Source: Octopus sinensis (Eukaryota). From it: DNA of 64,000 nucleotides. The notes under the pieces were generated by a model, which did no database searches, was not told where the DNA came from, and saw nothing but the letters and a program-made list of their open reading frames with translations. The DNA is taken from assembly GCF_006345805.1 (NCBI RefSeq), contig NC_043009.1, positions 63,922,001-63,986,000 on the forward strand, written 5' to 3'. Each line of letters begins with the position of its first letter. Position 1 is the first letter of the stretch. Of the stretch, positions 14,502 to 27,089 are shown piece by piece. Both the position numbers and the translations under genes were made by a program.

Positions 14502-15465
14502 GATGTTCTTTTCAAAGAATGGAAAGAATGGGGCTGGTTCATGCTGATAAATTAAACAATAACAAGGTATAGTATTTCAATAAAATTCTTACAAATATTC
14601 CAGTGTCACCAGAATTGGTCCTCAGCAGATGAAAAGTAAAACTCTGGTGTAGACCAAATGGTACTTAAAACTTACTAACCTTTATGGAAGATCTTTGTAA
14701 TATTGATAATCCATATAAATCCATTAAAAATCCAGGACTTGTAAAGCCAGGCACCAGTCTGATTTAATCACTATTTTCGGTGCATTTCTACAGAGCTGCA
14801 TAATAAAACAACCGCTGTGAATGTTAGTATCCAGAATTTGAGAATGGAGCTGTTTTAAGTTAGTCCAATTAATTCAACAGGTAACGACTAATACATGTGT
14901 GTAAGTAACGTGCGACAGTAAATCAAACGAACAGACTGTTGCTGCTGCTGCTGTTCTTCGCTCCTCGTCTTGCAGCAGACTATCGCAGAAAACGGTTGGT
15001 TCTGCACACCTGTGGAAGAGGAAGAACTCAGTTCAGGTGTTAAATCATCGGAAACCTTGAAAAATTAGTCACCAAAACAATTCCCTCGCCGCCACATATA
15101 GAGTGGAGAGGAGGGGGGGTTATGTTATATGTGTGTGGCCCTGTTGTGGTTTGATAGCGACTGTTACAGCAGCAGACAAGACTTTGTAGTGAATGGAGAG
15201 GATGTAAGCGAGAGAGGAAGGAGGCTGGTTGGTCTGTTTGGCTGGTTGGCTAGCTGGCTGGCCGGCTGGGTGGCTGGTTGGCTGAGAGAGAGAGAGAGAG
15301 AGAGGAGGAGGAAAGGCTGGATGGAACTGAGAGGATGGAAAGAAGGTTGGAGTGGGAGAGAGAAGGAAAGAAGGATCGAAGGTGCTAGAGGAGTGTGAGG
15401 AAAAGAATTGATGATGAATAGAAAGGCAGAGGGGGGAAAATAGAGCAGCAGCAGCAACAATAGCA

Positions 15466-16700
15466 GTGGTAGCAGTGGTAGTAGTGATAGCAGTAGTAGT
15501 GGTGGTGGTGGTGGTGGTGGAGATGATGGTGGTGGTGGTGATGGTGGTAGTGGTGATGATGGTGATTGTGGTGGTGGTGGTGGTGGTGGTGGTGATGGTG
15601 ATGGTGTTAGTGGTGGTGGTGGTGGTGGTGGTGATGGTGATGGTGATTGTGGTAGTGGTGGTGGTGGTGGTGGTGGTGATGGTGATGGTGTTAGTGGTAG
15701 TGGTGGAGGTGGTAGTGGTGGTGGTGGAGGTGGTGGTGGTGGTGGTGGTGGAGGTGGTGGTGGTGGCGGTTGATTGTTGAATCTATGAGTAAATTGTTTT
15801 GTTCAAATCAATATTTACTTGATTAATAAGATGTAAAGATGGTGGAAAGAGAGAGAGAGGGAGAGAGAGGGAAAGAGGGAGGGAGAGGGAGGGAGAGGGG
15901 TATCGATGGTTAGACAGTGGTAAATACTAATGTATTGATCTATTTAGCAGCACCAACAATAACAACGCAGCAACCAATAATTACTATCACACCCACCACC
16001 ACCACCACCACCACCACTAACACCACTGTTACTACTACTACTACTACAACTATTACAACTGCAATCATCAGCACCATCATCATCATCATCGTCATCATCA
16101 TTATCGTCATCATTATCGTCATCATCATCGTCATCATCATCGTCATCATCATCATCGTCGTCGTCATCATTACTATACAAACCATGACCACTTTGTTGCC
16201 GTCAGCACCACAGCCACCATCATCATCATCATCGCAACTATCATTGCTACCACCACCACCACTGCCATCAGCACATCGTCATCACCACCAACACCACCAC
16301 CATCACCTCTACTAATGTAGCCATTATCACCATTATCATCCCCACAGTATGGCGGTGGGGTAAAGTGTGGCGGGTGGGAAGCTGGTGTGGGGGTGGGAGG
16401 TAGGGAAGAGGAGAAAGGGAGCATAAATCAGAGAAGTTGCCCCCTCCACCATCAGAACCATTATCACCACCATCACCACACTACCTCCACCTCAACATGA
16501 CCATTGCCACTGCCTCCTCCACCACCTCCCCCATCACCACCATCACCACTTCACCACTACCACCACTATTGCCACCACCACCACTGCTACCATCACCACC
16601 ACCACCACCACTACCACTTCACCACTTCCGCACAATCACCATCACTGCTAATACCATCGCCGCCACCACCACCACCACCACCATCACCTCTACCATCACT
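15466..16700. repeat. Trinucleotide low-complexity blocks (GGT)n then (ACC/ATC)n
   Basis: Direct reading; a similar (CAT)n block at about 5710-5900. Confidence 0.9.
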
Positions 16701-17114
16701 GTAACTGTTACCACCACCCTGGCAACTTCTCTGTTTCATGTTCACTTTCTCCTTCTCTTCCCTTCCTCCCACCCCCATACCAGTTTCTCCACCCCTCACG
16801 CTATCCCTCACCCCGCCCTACCCCACCCTCCGTCATATATCGAAAGACTCCATCGTCTCACCTTCTCTGATAAATTCCCCATCTCAGAAGATTTCCTTTT
16901 GCCTCATCAGGAAAACAAAGAAACGGCAGTTTCTGCAGGGTGTATATTGTGTGACATCATGTGACGTAGGCTCTGGTGTAACTGCATACATAAGATATCT
17001 GCTGTGACATAATATGACATAATGTGCTTATAGCATATGATATCTTCTGTGATAATCATGTGATACTAGATGCTGTGCATAGAACGTTTGGCTGGTGTCT
17101 GTGGCTGAACATGT

Positions 17115-17157
<43 letters not shown>

Positions 17158-17189
17158 TATGTATATATATTCAAAATGTGACCGCGTGT

Positions 17190-17385
17190 GTACCGTTGGC
17201 GATTTTTTTTCCTCCGTCTTCCCTTCTCTGGATCTTTCCTTTTCCTATGTTTCTGACGAAGAGCTCCGCTCGAAACATAAAACCCTCCTTCGTCCCTTCT
17301 TTCCTGAGCGTCCAATAGCACTATATTTGTTCCATGTCCTCGCGTTGTTATGTTTTCTCTTGGTGTTTTCATGTTTAGATTAACT
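17190..17385 (+). mobile_element. Second hammerhead-bearing family (pLTR-like) in a (TA)n tract
   Basis: GTTT-CTGACGA-A-GAGC-tcc-GCTC-GAA-ACAT-A-AAAC at 17249-17283; related minus-strand copies near 49160-49285 and 10740-10890. Confidence 0.65.
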
Positions 17386-17449
17386 TAATATAAGTATGTA
17401 TGTATGTATGTATGTATGTATGTATGTGTGTGTGTATATATATATATAA

Positions 17450-17486
<37 letters not shown>

Positions 17487-17604
17487 GTATATATATATAT
17501 ATGTATGTATGTGTATATATATATATATATATATATTATATATGTATATATATGTGTATGTATATATATATATATAAATGTGTGTGTGTATATATATAAA
17601 TATA

Positions 17605-17640
<36 letters not shown>

Positions 17641-17775
17641 TGTATGTATGCATGTATGTATGTATGTATATCCAGTGATATTATGGGATACGGAATACTG
17701 TTTACATGCATGGATACCTACTTTCACCTCCTCCTCCTCCTCCTCATTATCATCATCATCATTACATCGTCATCG

Positions 17776-17806
<31 letters not shown>

Positions 17807-19352
17807 TTTAATGTTTGTTTTCTCTGCTTGCATTGGTTCGATGGGATTCGTTGAGGTGGAATTTTCTACGGCCGGATGCCTTTCCTATCATCAACCCTCA
17901 CCTGCTTCCAAGCAAGGTAATATTCCCTCTCCTCACACCCAACCCCACCCTAAAGCCGGACATGTTGATTCACAAGGCTTTGGTGGGCCCAGGTCTATGG
18001 TAGAAGACACTTAACCAAGGTACCGTGCAGTGGGATCGAACCTGAAACCATGGGACTGGGAAGCAAACTTCTTACCACACAGCCATACCAGCACCTATCC
18101 GTCCTTATTATGTAATACTCAATTTTTAGCACAAGGCCAGCAATTGTAGGGGAGGTGGGGGCAAGTCAATAATATCGACCCCAGTCTGCAACTGGTATTT
18201 ATTTATTTTATCAACCCCCAAAAGGATGAAAGACAAAAGCAAACCCGACCTTTAATCCTTATTATGTAACACCATATAGCAGTCACAAGCAGGTACATAT
18301 GTCCTGGAGGATGGTTATGTGACAGGTGTAACGACAGCTGTGACATTATGTAACAGGGGATAAAACTGCATTACACACCTACACAGTAACAGTTGTGACA
18401 TGGTGTGTTGTCACACAATATACCTTGACAACTTTAAGATAATGTGACATGAAGTACATACTGTGATGCAACATTGTGTGACTGTGTGTAACATAACATG
18501 TGACAGAGGATACTGTAACAGTGTGATATTACTATCACTTTTGTAGGGTAGCAAGCCGGCAGAATCGTTAGCACACTGGGTGAATTGCTTAGCGGTATTT
18601 CGCCCATCACTACGTTCTGAGTTCAAATTCTGCCAAGATCAACTTTGCCTTTCATCCTTTCAGGGTCGATAAATTAAGTACCAGTTACGCACTGGGGTTG
18701 ATATAGTCGACTTGATCCGTTTGTCTGTCCTTGTTTGTCCTCTCTGTGTTTAGCCCCTTGTAGGTAGTAAAGAAATAGGTATTTTGTCTGCCGCTATGTT
18801 CTGGGTTCAAATTCTACTGAAGTCAACTTTGCCTTTCATCTTTTTGGGATCAATAAATTAAGTACCAGTGAGACACTGGGGTCGATGTAACCATCTCATC
18901 CCTGCCTTACAAATCTGAGGCCTTGTGCCTATAGTAGAAAAGATTATTATCAATTTTATAAACTTGTGCTTATTTATGCATCTCAATTATATAGAATAAA
19001 AATACTTATGGGAATGTAGGAGTGGGGGTGGGGTATCTGTTGAATATAGAGAAGGCAATCATCATCATCATCATCATTTTAATGTCCACTTTTCCATGCT
19101 TGCATGGGTCAAATGGAATCCAGTGAGGCAGATTTTCTACAGCCGGATGCCTTTCCTATCACCAACCTTCACTTGTTTCCAAGTAATGTTATATTTTCCC
19201 ACGACCAGACACGTTTTCATGGACAGCTGGAGGCAAAGGACACGGCTTGCATGGTGTGACACTCATTTACAACTCTCCCATGAAGTCAAGCCAAGGCCGT
19301 GGTAACACACACACACACATACATATATATATGATGAGGATGGAAACTGAAT

Positions 19353-19456
19353 GTCCTCATCTTGTGTTAACAACAAACAAGATGAGGACAAATATCCGTC
19401 AAATGTAAATAATGTAAATAATGTAATAATTCCACATCTCTTAAATATAGAACTGT
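19353..19456 (+). mobile_element. 3' fragment of the hammerhead element with short 5' inversion
   Basis: GTCCTCATCTTG inverted against CAAGATGAGGAC; ends with the family 3' terminus TTAAATATAGAACTGT. Confidence 0.75.
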
Positions 19457-19480
19457 GAAAGAATCTCATCAGATATGTAC

Positions 19481-19541
<61 letters not shown>

Positions 19542-19545
19542 GTAT

Positions 19546-19616
<71 letters not shown>

Positions 19617-19944
19617 TAGATATAGATATTAATATATAGATATATATATGTATGTATATATGTATGCATGACAAGCTTCTTTCAGTTTTTCATCCACCAG
19701 ATCCACTCACAAGGCTTTGGTCAGACCAGGGTTATAGTAGAAGACACTTTCAGATGCCACACAATGGGACTGAACCTAAGACCATGTGGTTCAGAAGTAT
19801 TTTATTGAATATAGAATGGGTGAGATTTCAAAGAACACAGAATATAGAATAAAGATATTAAATTATATAAATTTTCAGAATTGTAGAATAGATATGGTTA
19901 GAATATAGAACTGATATAAGATATCTACAAAATATCGAATAAAC

Positions 19945-20320
19945 ACTAGGGCACTCACAGAGCGCAAACCTCAGCCAAGGCAACACCAATGTCCTCTCGA
20001 GGATTAGCCGGAGATGATTTTTAAAATGATGGAATATCTGAAATCAACTCAACTGCTCTCACAAACGAAAATACTTAAAATGAACCTGACTGCTCTCAAA
20101 GATTAAGTTTGAAAAAAATAATAAAATAATCCAGAATCCTTGTTCGGTACTGGATTGATCCCAAAATCTAATCAGTTTGTGCCAGTTCTGAGACCAAACA
20201 TCCCTGAAAGATTCATCCGAATCCATCCAGTGGTTTTTGAGATATCTTGTCCATGGACAAACAAACAAACAAACACAACTGAAAAAAATACCTTTGCCTT
20301 CACTAAGGCAGAAGTAATAA
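19945..20320 (+). mobile_element. Helentron-associated-like (HINE) non-autonomous element
   Basis: ACTAG start, subterminal ACCTCAGCC, (AAAC)n, 3' hairpin ACCTTTGCC-ttcactaa-GGCAGAAGT; no TIR or TSD. Confidence 0.5.
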
Positions 20321-20581
20321 TGATATCATAGCATTTATTACAATATTAATTATAAACTAAATTATTAACTTCTTAATTAGTCACTAAATTATTTGTAGAA
20401 TGTGATGTGAATATAAGAGTTGATACTAATTTTATCAAAACTTAAAGAATGAAAGGTAAGCTTAATTCAGACAGATTTTAAATCAGGACCTAAAAAATCA
20501 AAAGTAAGTATTTGAATGCCTAAGGTTTTGTTCTATAATATTTTTACCAACTTCGCCACTATCACAATATGTATATGTGCA

Positions 20582-21005
20582 AAGGCGGCGAGCTGGCAGA
20601 AACGTTAGCACGCCGGGCGAAATGCTTAGCTGTATTTCATCTGCAATTACGTTCTGAGTTCAAATTCTACCAAGGTCGACTTTGCCTTTCATCCTTTCAG
20701 GGTCGACTAAATAAGTACCAGTTATGCACTGGGGTCAATATAATCGACTTAATCCGTTTGTCTGTCCTTGTTTGTCCTCTCTGTGTTTAGTCCCTTGTGG
20801 GCAATAAAGAAATAAGAAATGTTAGCATTCCAGGCGAAGAATTTCGCCTGTCTTTACGTTCTGAGTTCAAATTCTGCCAAGGTCGACTTTGCCTTTCATC
20901 CTGTCAGGGTCAATAAATTAAGTACCAGTAAAACACTGGGGTCAATGTAATCGACTGACCACCTCCCCAAAAATTTCGGGCCTTGTGCCTTGAGTAGAAA
21001 AGAAC
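20582..21005 (+). mobile_element. Two tandem SINEs of the abundant GCCTTTCATCCTTTCGGGGTCGATAAA-core family
   Basis: GGCGAGCTGGCAGAA head and conserved core; at least 10 other copies, for example near 4914, 13097, 18548, 32415, 38090, 41535, 52810, 59070, 63495. Confidence 0.85.
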
Positions 21006-22321
21006 TTCTACTTGGCAATTATCACATTTTAAAATGCCTCAAATTTCTACAGTTTCCTATTTTTCAAAGTCCCTTATATTTACACAGCCACTTAGTTTTA
21101 AGGTACCTTCTATTGATTCAGTCATCTGGTATGAAATGAAGGCTTGTGGCCTAATGGTTAGGGTATTGCACTCACAATCACTAGATCAGGAGTTCAATTC
21201 TCAGACCAAGCAGTGCATTGTATTCTTGAGCAAAACACTTCATTTCACATTGCTCAAGTCTACTCAGATGAAAATGGGTAATTCTGCAATGGAATAGTCT
21301 CCCTATCAGAGGGGAATGTTGTCCTACTTGCCTAACCTGTGGGGTGACATCAGTTGAGAGCTTTAACAAAGCGCATTGTGACCAGTGATGTATAACAATA
21401 CCCAATAGTCTGGTCGGTAGCATAGTCTAATATTAAAGCACTTTCTGATGACAAATGATAAGCAGTTTTATCCAGTTTTAAAATGCTTTACATTTACACA
21501 AGCAATGATGTAATCAATTAGAAGTTTATTTCTGCAGATTTTTTTTTTTGTTAATTAACCTCATTTTTGTTAATTACATTAGCTCCACCCACCACTTATA
21601 ATCTCCACCTCTTCCCCCACTCTCCTTCTAACATTTAACGCTGCTTACTATTTAAGACAATCCATCCATGTAATTTATTGTGCTTAGTCACAAATAGGGT
21701 TCCAGGAGGATTTAGCTACTGTCTCCACACCCCCTCTTTCCCACCCCACCTCCTCTCTCCCTCTCTCTTTCTCTTTTCTTGAGGAATTCTTGAAGATAGC
21801 CAAAAATAAACAAATAAGATGGAAATACAAACTTCTTCGTCTTGAGCTGTTCTCTTAAATTTTTCTCAGGTGTGGTTACATGGTAAGAAGTTTGCTTCCC
21901 AACCACATGGTTCCAGGTTCAATCCCAGTGTGACACCATGAGCAAGTGTCTTTTACTATAGCCCCATGCCATCACAGACCTTCTGAGTGGATTTGGTAGG
22001 GGTAACTGAAAGAAGCCCATCACATGTGTGTGTGTGTCTGAACGTGTGAGAGAGTGTATATATGACTCCTGGTTTTGATTTTGTATGTGAGTCATACAGT
22101 GAGCCATACTGTATGACTCTGCAAAAAGATGTCTGGTCATAGAGAAACATTGCCTTACTTGGTGGAAAGAGGTGAAGGTTGGTGACAGGAAAGGCATTCA
22201 GCTGTAGAAAATCTGACTCAATGAATTATGACTGACCTATGCAAGCATGGATAAGAAGGCATTGAAACAATAGTGGTAGTGGTGAATGGCCTCAGGCCTT
22301 CTGCCTATAATAAAGAGATAA

Positions 22322-22610
22322 CCTCTAGCTAAACAATTATTCTGTGCTGATGAAGGGAAATAACCTGGAAATCACGATACACAGATATTGTTTTGAGCTG
22401 AGTGGGGGTGCTAGATTCCCTTGTTCAAAAATATAAGGACACAGATCATGTCATATAGCCAGCTGGAGACAATGTCTCCTGGGGCTAAATTACAGCAACA
22501 TTCATCCTAAACCAGGACTGCCATGTTATGTTGGCAAACAATCTTTACTCCAAAGTCTTATTACTGAATATCTCTTGTTGTGAGATTTAAAAATAGTAAT
22601 TTTCTAGTGA
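22322..22610 (+). mobile_element. Third hammerhead-like family (about 290 bp)
   Basis: CTGTG-CTGATGA-agggaaataacctg-GAA-ATCACGAT-A-CACAG at 22342-22384; close copy at about 36070-36350. Confidence 0.6.
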
Positions 22611-24403
22611 AATTGCTGTTTAGTTAAGTTAAAGAATGTCAGTTTTCTTAAGTGTAATATTACAGACTTTAGAAACAGGAAGAGATACTACAAGAACTGT
22701 TTTAGCAGCAATATAGGCCCCCGGGCAAATCGATGCACAGGGCACTTAGGTATTTATTTTTTGACAGCAATCCACAGCATACATAGAACAGAATTTGGAC
22801 CCTTGACCCATGAGCACCTTAGACAACTGCTTAATATGCTCAAGCCTTAAGATGGTCCATGGTACCAAACTGCAGATGTGTCCAATACAGATGTTAAATT
22901 GATATGATGATATAACACAGTGGTTCTCACCCAGGGTCCATGTGACTCCTGGGAGTCCATATAAGATTTGGTGGGGTGCCATGTGAGCAATGTAGTAAAT
23001 CGGGGGTCTACACTAGTACTTTAAGGGTCCCTGAAAAAATAACTTGCTTTTAGGTGTTAGATAAAAGACAATGGTAATCTTCAGTTTTAGGTGTCCATCT
23101 GTTTTATTGCTATGAATTTACAAAGAAATGGCACCCGTGCCAGTGGCACATGAAAAGCACCATCCGCACCTGGCTAATTCCAGGTCCGCTTGACTGGTTC
23201 TCATGCCAATGGCACATAAAAAGCACCATCCAAACGTGGCCAATTCTGTAGTTTTATCAAAACCATATTAACAGGTGTTGAGTAAATGAAGAAGCTAACA
23301 AGATAGTCTCTAACAATCACTTGACCTACTAAAAGTAGCAGGCATTCTTCTCCAAATCACATCTTATTGTCTTAACCTTTTTGTTACTGAATTTCTGTTA
23401 AACTATACTTTGTTTCTAATAATTCTAAAGATAATAAAGAATTTAGTAAAATAATTTTGTCGTTATTAAGCTGGTGTCTGGAACATTAATTAGCACAAAA
23501 TTTGATGGAAGCCTTTAGTTTAGATTACTTTAAAACAGGGAGTTTGTATCCTAGGACCAGTGGTGGTCTAAGGTATAAGAGTTTCAAAAGAGTTAAAAAG
23601 GGACACTCTTTATCATCATCATCATCATTGTTTAACGATGATGATGATGATGATGATATATTGGTGCATAAAGCCCAAGAAAAAGATAGGGTGGTTATGG
23701 ATGGAACGTCTTTGCTCATAAGAGTTCACTTTGATAATAACAACAGACATTAAAACACTGATGCTGATGATGATGATGACAACATGAACGACACCAACAA
23801 CAGTATAGAAAATGAAATCACAGCCAGGAGTAAAATCCAGTCACCTTTAATCTATAAACTGAAGTCCTGCTCTCTTGCAAAATGCTGCCATCTTGGAACT
23901 GAACAACAGAGAAATTTTCTCAAAAAAAAAACAACACAAAAACATCACACACATTTTAAAATATTTATTTAAGAAAGACTTGATCTTTGGTGGCGTTTTT
24001 TTTTTTAATAATTATATAAAATTAAATATTCTGAAAAACTGACTCAAAAAAAAAAACCAAAAAAGATTGGAAATTTACAAAAACAGCCATTTTTTACTGC
24101 AAAGAGACATATGAAATTGGTCATAAAAATATCGGTGCATGGCATCAAAAGAAACCTATAATTGTCATTCTGTTGAGTAACTTCATTTAATACCAAAATT
24201 TATTTGTTATTTCTTTTATAATATTGTCATTGATCTTTTGATTTTTTTAATGTTTTTATTGCTATCATACTGTTCATGTTTTCATAATGATATGTTGTGA
24301 GAAAAATGGAGTCTGATTTTCTGACAAAGCTACAAAAGTTGAATATTTTTTTATTCGTTTTATATTTTAAGTTTATATAAAAAAAGTTTAATCATTATTA
24401 TTA

Positions 24404-24434
<31 letters not shown>

Positions 24435-24559
24435 AGTAATAATAATAATAATAATTTTAAATCATTATGATACAAAACTATGTTTCGCGACACCCAAATA
24501 TTGGTTAAACTTCAGTAACTGATATGTTTTAGTGCTGGAACAGGTCTCCTGTCTTTAGT

Positions 24560-24603
24560 TCATACAATTTTGATCTGTAGCGTTGATACTTCTTGGGCCA
24601 AAC
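24560..24603 (-). CDS. CTSO: Cathepsin O-like, exon 9 (coding part, stop)
   Basis: TTTTACGCAG|GTTTGG; GLAQEVSTLQIKIV-TGA; first AATAAA on the minus strand at 24355-24350. Confidence 0.88.
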
Positions 24604-24740
24604 CTGCGTAAAAAGAGGAAATTACAATCTGTAATAACAAAATATATTTTTACGGGGAAGAAAAGAAAGAAAAAAAAACATTGAAAGTATAAACAATCAA
24701 GTTATCAAGAAGAAACCCCCTTAGCTTCCTCAACAAGGAA

Positions 24741-25456
24741 ATCATCATCATCATCATCATCGTTTAACGTCCGCTTTCCAAGCTAGCATGGGTTGGACGG
24801 TACAACTGGGGTCTGGGAAACCAGGAGGCACCACCAGGCTCCAGTCTGATCTGGCAGTGTTTCTACAGCTGGATGCCCTTCCTAACGCCAACCACTCCGT
24901 GAGTGTAGAGGGTGCTTTTTATGTGCCACCGGCACAGGTGCCAGACGAGGCTGGCAACAGCCGCAGTCGGATGGTGCTTTTTACGTGCCACGGGCACGGA
25001 GGCCAGTCAGGGCGGCGCTGGCTACGGCCACGTTTGGATGGTTCTCTTATGTGCCACCGGCACTGGTATCACAGCTACAAATTCTATTGATGTTGATCGA
25101 TTACGATTTTGATTCTCACTTGCCTCAACAATCTTCACAAGTAGGGTTTGTGTCCCAAGAAGGAAAGGAATGCATAAGTGGGCTGGCTACATCCCAGGTA
25201 GAGGCCACGGATTATGGCCTCACTTGTCCTGCCGGGTCTTCTCACGCACAGCATACTTCCAAAGGTCTCGGTTTCTAGTCATTTCCTCGGTGAGACCTAA
25301 AGTTCGAAGGTCGTGCTTCACCACCTCGTCCCAGGTTTTCCTGGGTCTACCTCTTCCACAGGTTCCCTCAACCGCTAGGGTGCGGCACTTTTTCACACAA
25401 CTATCTTCATCCATTCTCGCCACATGACCATACCAGTGCAAACGTCTCTCTTGCAC
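24741..25456 (-). mobile_element. 5'-truncated RTE-clade LINE (CTSO intron 8)
   Basis: ORF2 C-terminus RRLHWYGHVARM...GRGRPRKTW...DLWKYAV; 3' UTR ending in a (GAT)n tail. Confidence 0.9.
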
Positions 25457-26415
25457 CTGGTAAATATGACTGCAAAGGCATTGCTGCCAAAAGGGGTCAG
25501 TGACACTTGCAGCAACATCCACATCACTTCAAATAACCAACATAATGTCATTACATTCATTTAAATAATGGTTTCAGATTCCAGTACAAGGCCAGCAATT
25601 TTAGGGGAAGAGATTAAGTGATTACACCAACCCCCATGCTCAATTGGTAGTTGGCATTCGGAAGGGCGTCCAGCCACAAAAATTGGCTAGATTCCCGATT
25701 TCAGCACGACATTTATTTGTAGCACCCACTACACTCTCAGAGTGGTTGGTGTTAGGAAGGGCATCCAGCTGTAGAAACTCTGCCAGATCAAGATTGGAGC
25801 CTGGTGCAGCCACCTGGTTCACCAGCTCTCAGTCAAATCGTCCAACCCATGCTAGCATGGAAAGCAGACGTTAAACGATGTTGATGATGATGATATATAT
25901 ATATATATTGGAGTGACATGAAAAATCCTCATAGCAGTAGCTAGTGAGAACACCTCAGACAAAAACTGCAGTATCTTGACTGTCAATATGTATATACTTT
26001 AAGTATGATACATAGTTAGCTATTTCAATTCAATGCTACTTCTATTGCATATACCAGATTTTTTATTCATCCCTGTAGCTGTTTGCAATATCAGAGACTA
26101 TTATTCACTGTTTCCGATGCATCAGAGGTGATAGACATTGACTTCGATACACTATTGATAAAGCCTAAGAAGGCTGAAATGCATCCGGTGCTCTCAGAAG
26201 CCACTGCTAGGATGATTTTTCAATTTCCTCTGATATAGATTGTATCTTTAATACAACACATCTGTAAATGATTTTTATCATAAATGAAAACTGCAGAATC
26301 TTGTCTGTATGATACACAGATGGCTAAACCCAAGTTAATTTGTTCCACTCTACATAAAGGTCATACACCAGATTCCATGTAGAACACAAGAATGTTAAAA
26401 GTCAAAAGCTCTTAC

Positions 26416-26508
26416 CACAAAGGTTGCTTCCAACAGCAATGTGAAGGTAACCAGCGATACCAAAGTCACTACCCCAAGAGTTTCTCACAATGTAATATGG
26501 TACTTCAC
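26416..26508 (-). CDS. CTSO: Cathepsin O-like, exon 8 (catalytic Asn)
   Basis: TTACAG|GTGAAG...TGTG|GTAAGA; 93 nt; GEVPYYIVRNSWGSDFGIAGYLHIAVGSNLC. Confidence 0.95.
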
Positions 26509-26821
26509 CTGTAATTTATATTAACAGGAAACATTATAGTCAATAGAATATACTTAAGAATATGGCAGTCATTCAGGCTTTAATTCTAGCACATTCAATC
26601 ATCTCTTCTGTCACCCTCTCTTTCTGCATCAAGCTGCGCATACTGTTTATCCAATCTCCTAACTATATCTTGTGCAACAGTTTCTCCCTCACTCTCACCC
26701 CTCCCTCTCTTTCTCTCTCACTCTCTCTTTCCTGCTTCCTTTATTCTGTCTCTTCTACCAACCAATCGTTATTTACATTATTTACATTTGACGGATATTT
26801 GTCCTCATCTTGTTTGTTGTT

Positions 26822-26867
26822 AACACGATGTTTTGGCTGATATACCCTCCAGCCTTCATCAGGTGTC
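26822..26867 (-). ncRNA. Hammerhead ribozyme copy, core mutated (G12A; ACGT to ACAT)
   Basis: Reverse complement reads GACAC-CTGATGA-A-GGCTG...CAGCC-AAAACATC-GTGTT. Confidence 0.6.
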
Positions 26868-27043
26868 TTGGGGAAATTTCGAACCTGGGTTCTCATTCCT
26901 AAGGTATTTTTCAATGTTGTTGTTGTTATTATTATTATTATTATTCAGGTCACTGCTTGGAATTGAACTCAGAATCTTGGGGTTAGTAGCCCGTGCTCTT
27001 AACCACTACGCCATATGAGAACCCAGGTTTGAAATTTCCCCAA

Positions 27044-27089
27044 GACACCTGATGAAGGCTGGAGGGTATATCAGCCGAAACGTTGTGTT
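27044..27089 (+). ncRNA. Minimal type I hammerhead ribozyme, intact core
   Basis: GACAC-CTGATGA-A-GGCTG-gagggtatat-CAGCC-GAA-ACGT-T-GTGTT: stem I GACAC/GTGTT, 5-bp stem II, palindromic ACGT stem III; predicted cleavage after 27084. Confidence 0.75.

Noticed and set aside
15466-16964. Poly-Val, poly-Thr and poly-Pro ORFs
   Set aside because: Trinucleotide low-complexity sequence open in most frames.
26145-26195. Further hammerhead-like motif TTGATAA-A-GCC...GGCT-GAAATGCATC
   Set aside because: Too many core changes to call; at most an ancient decayed copy.
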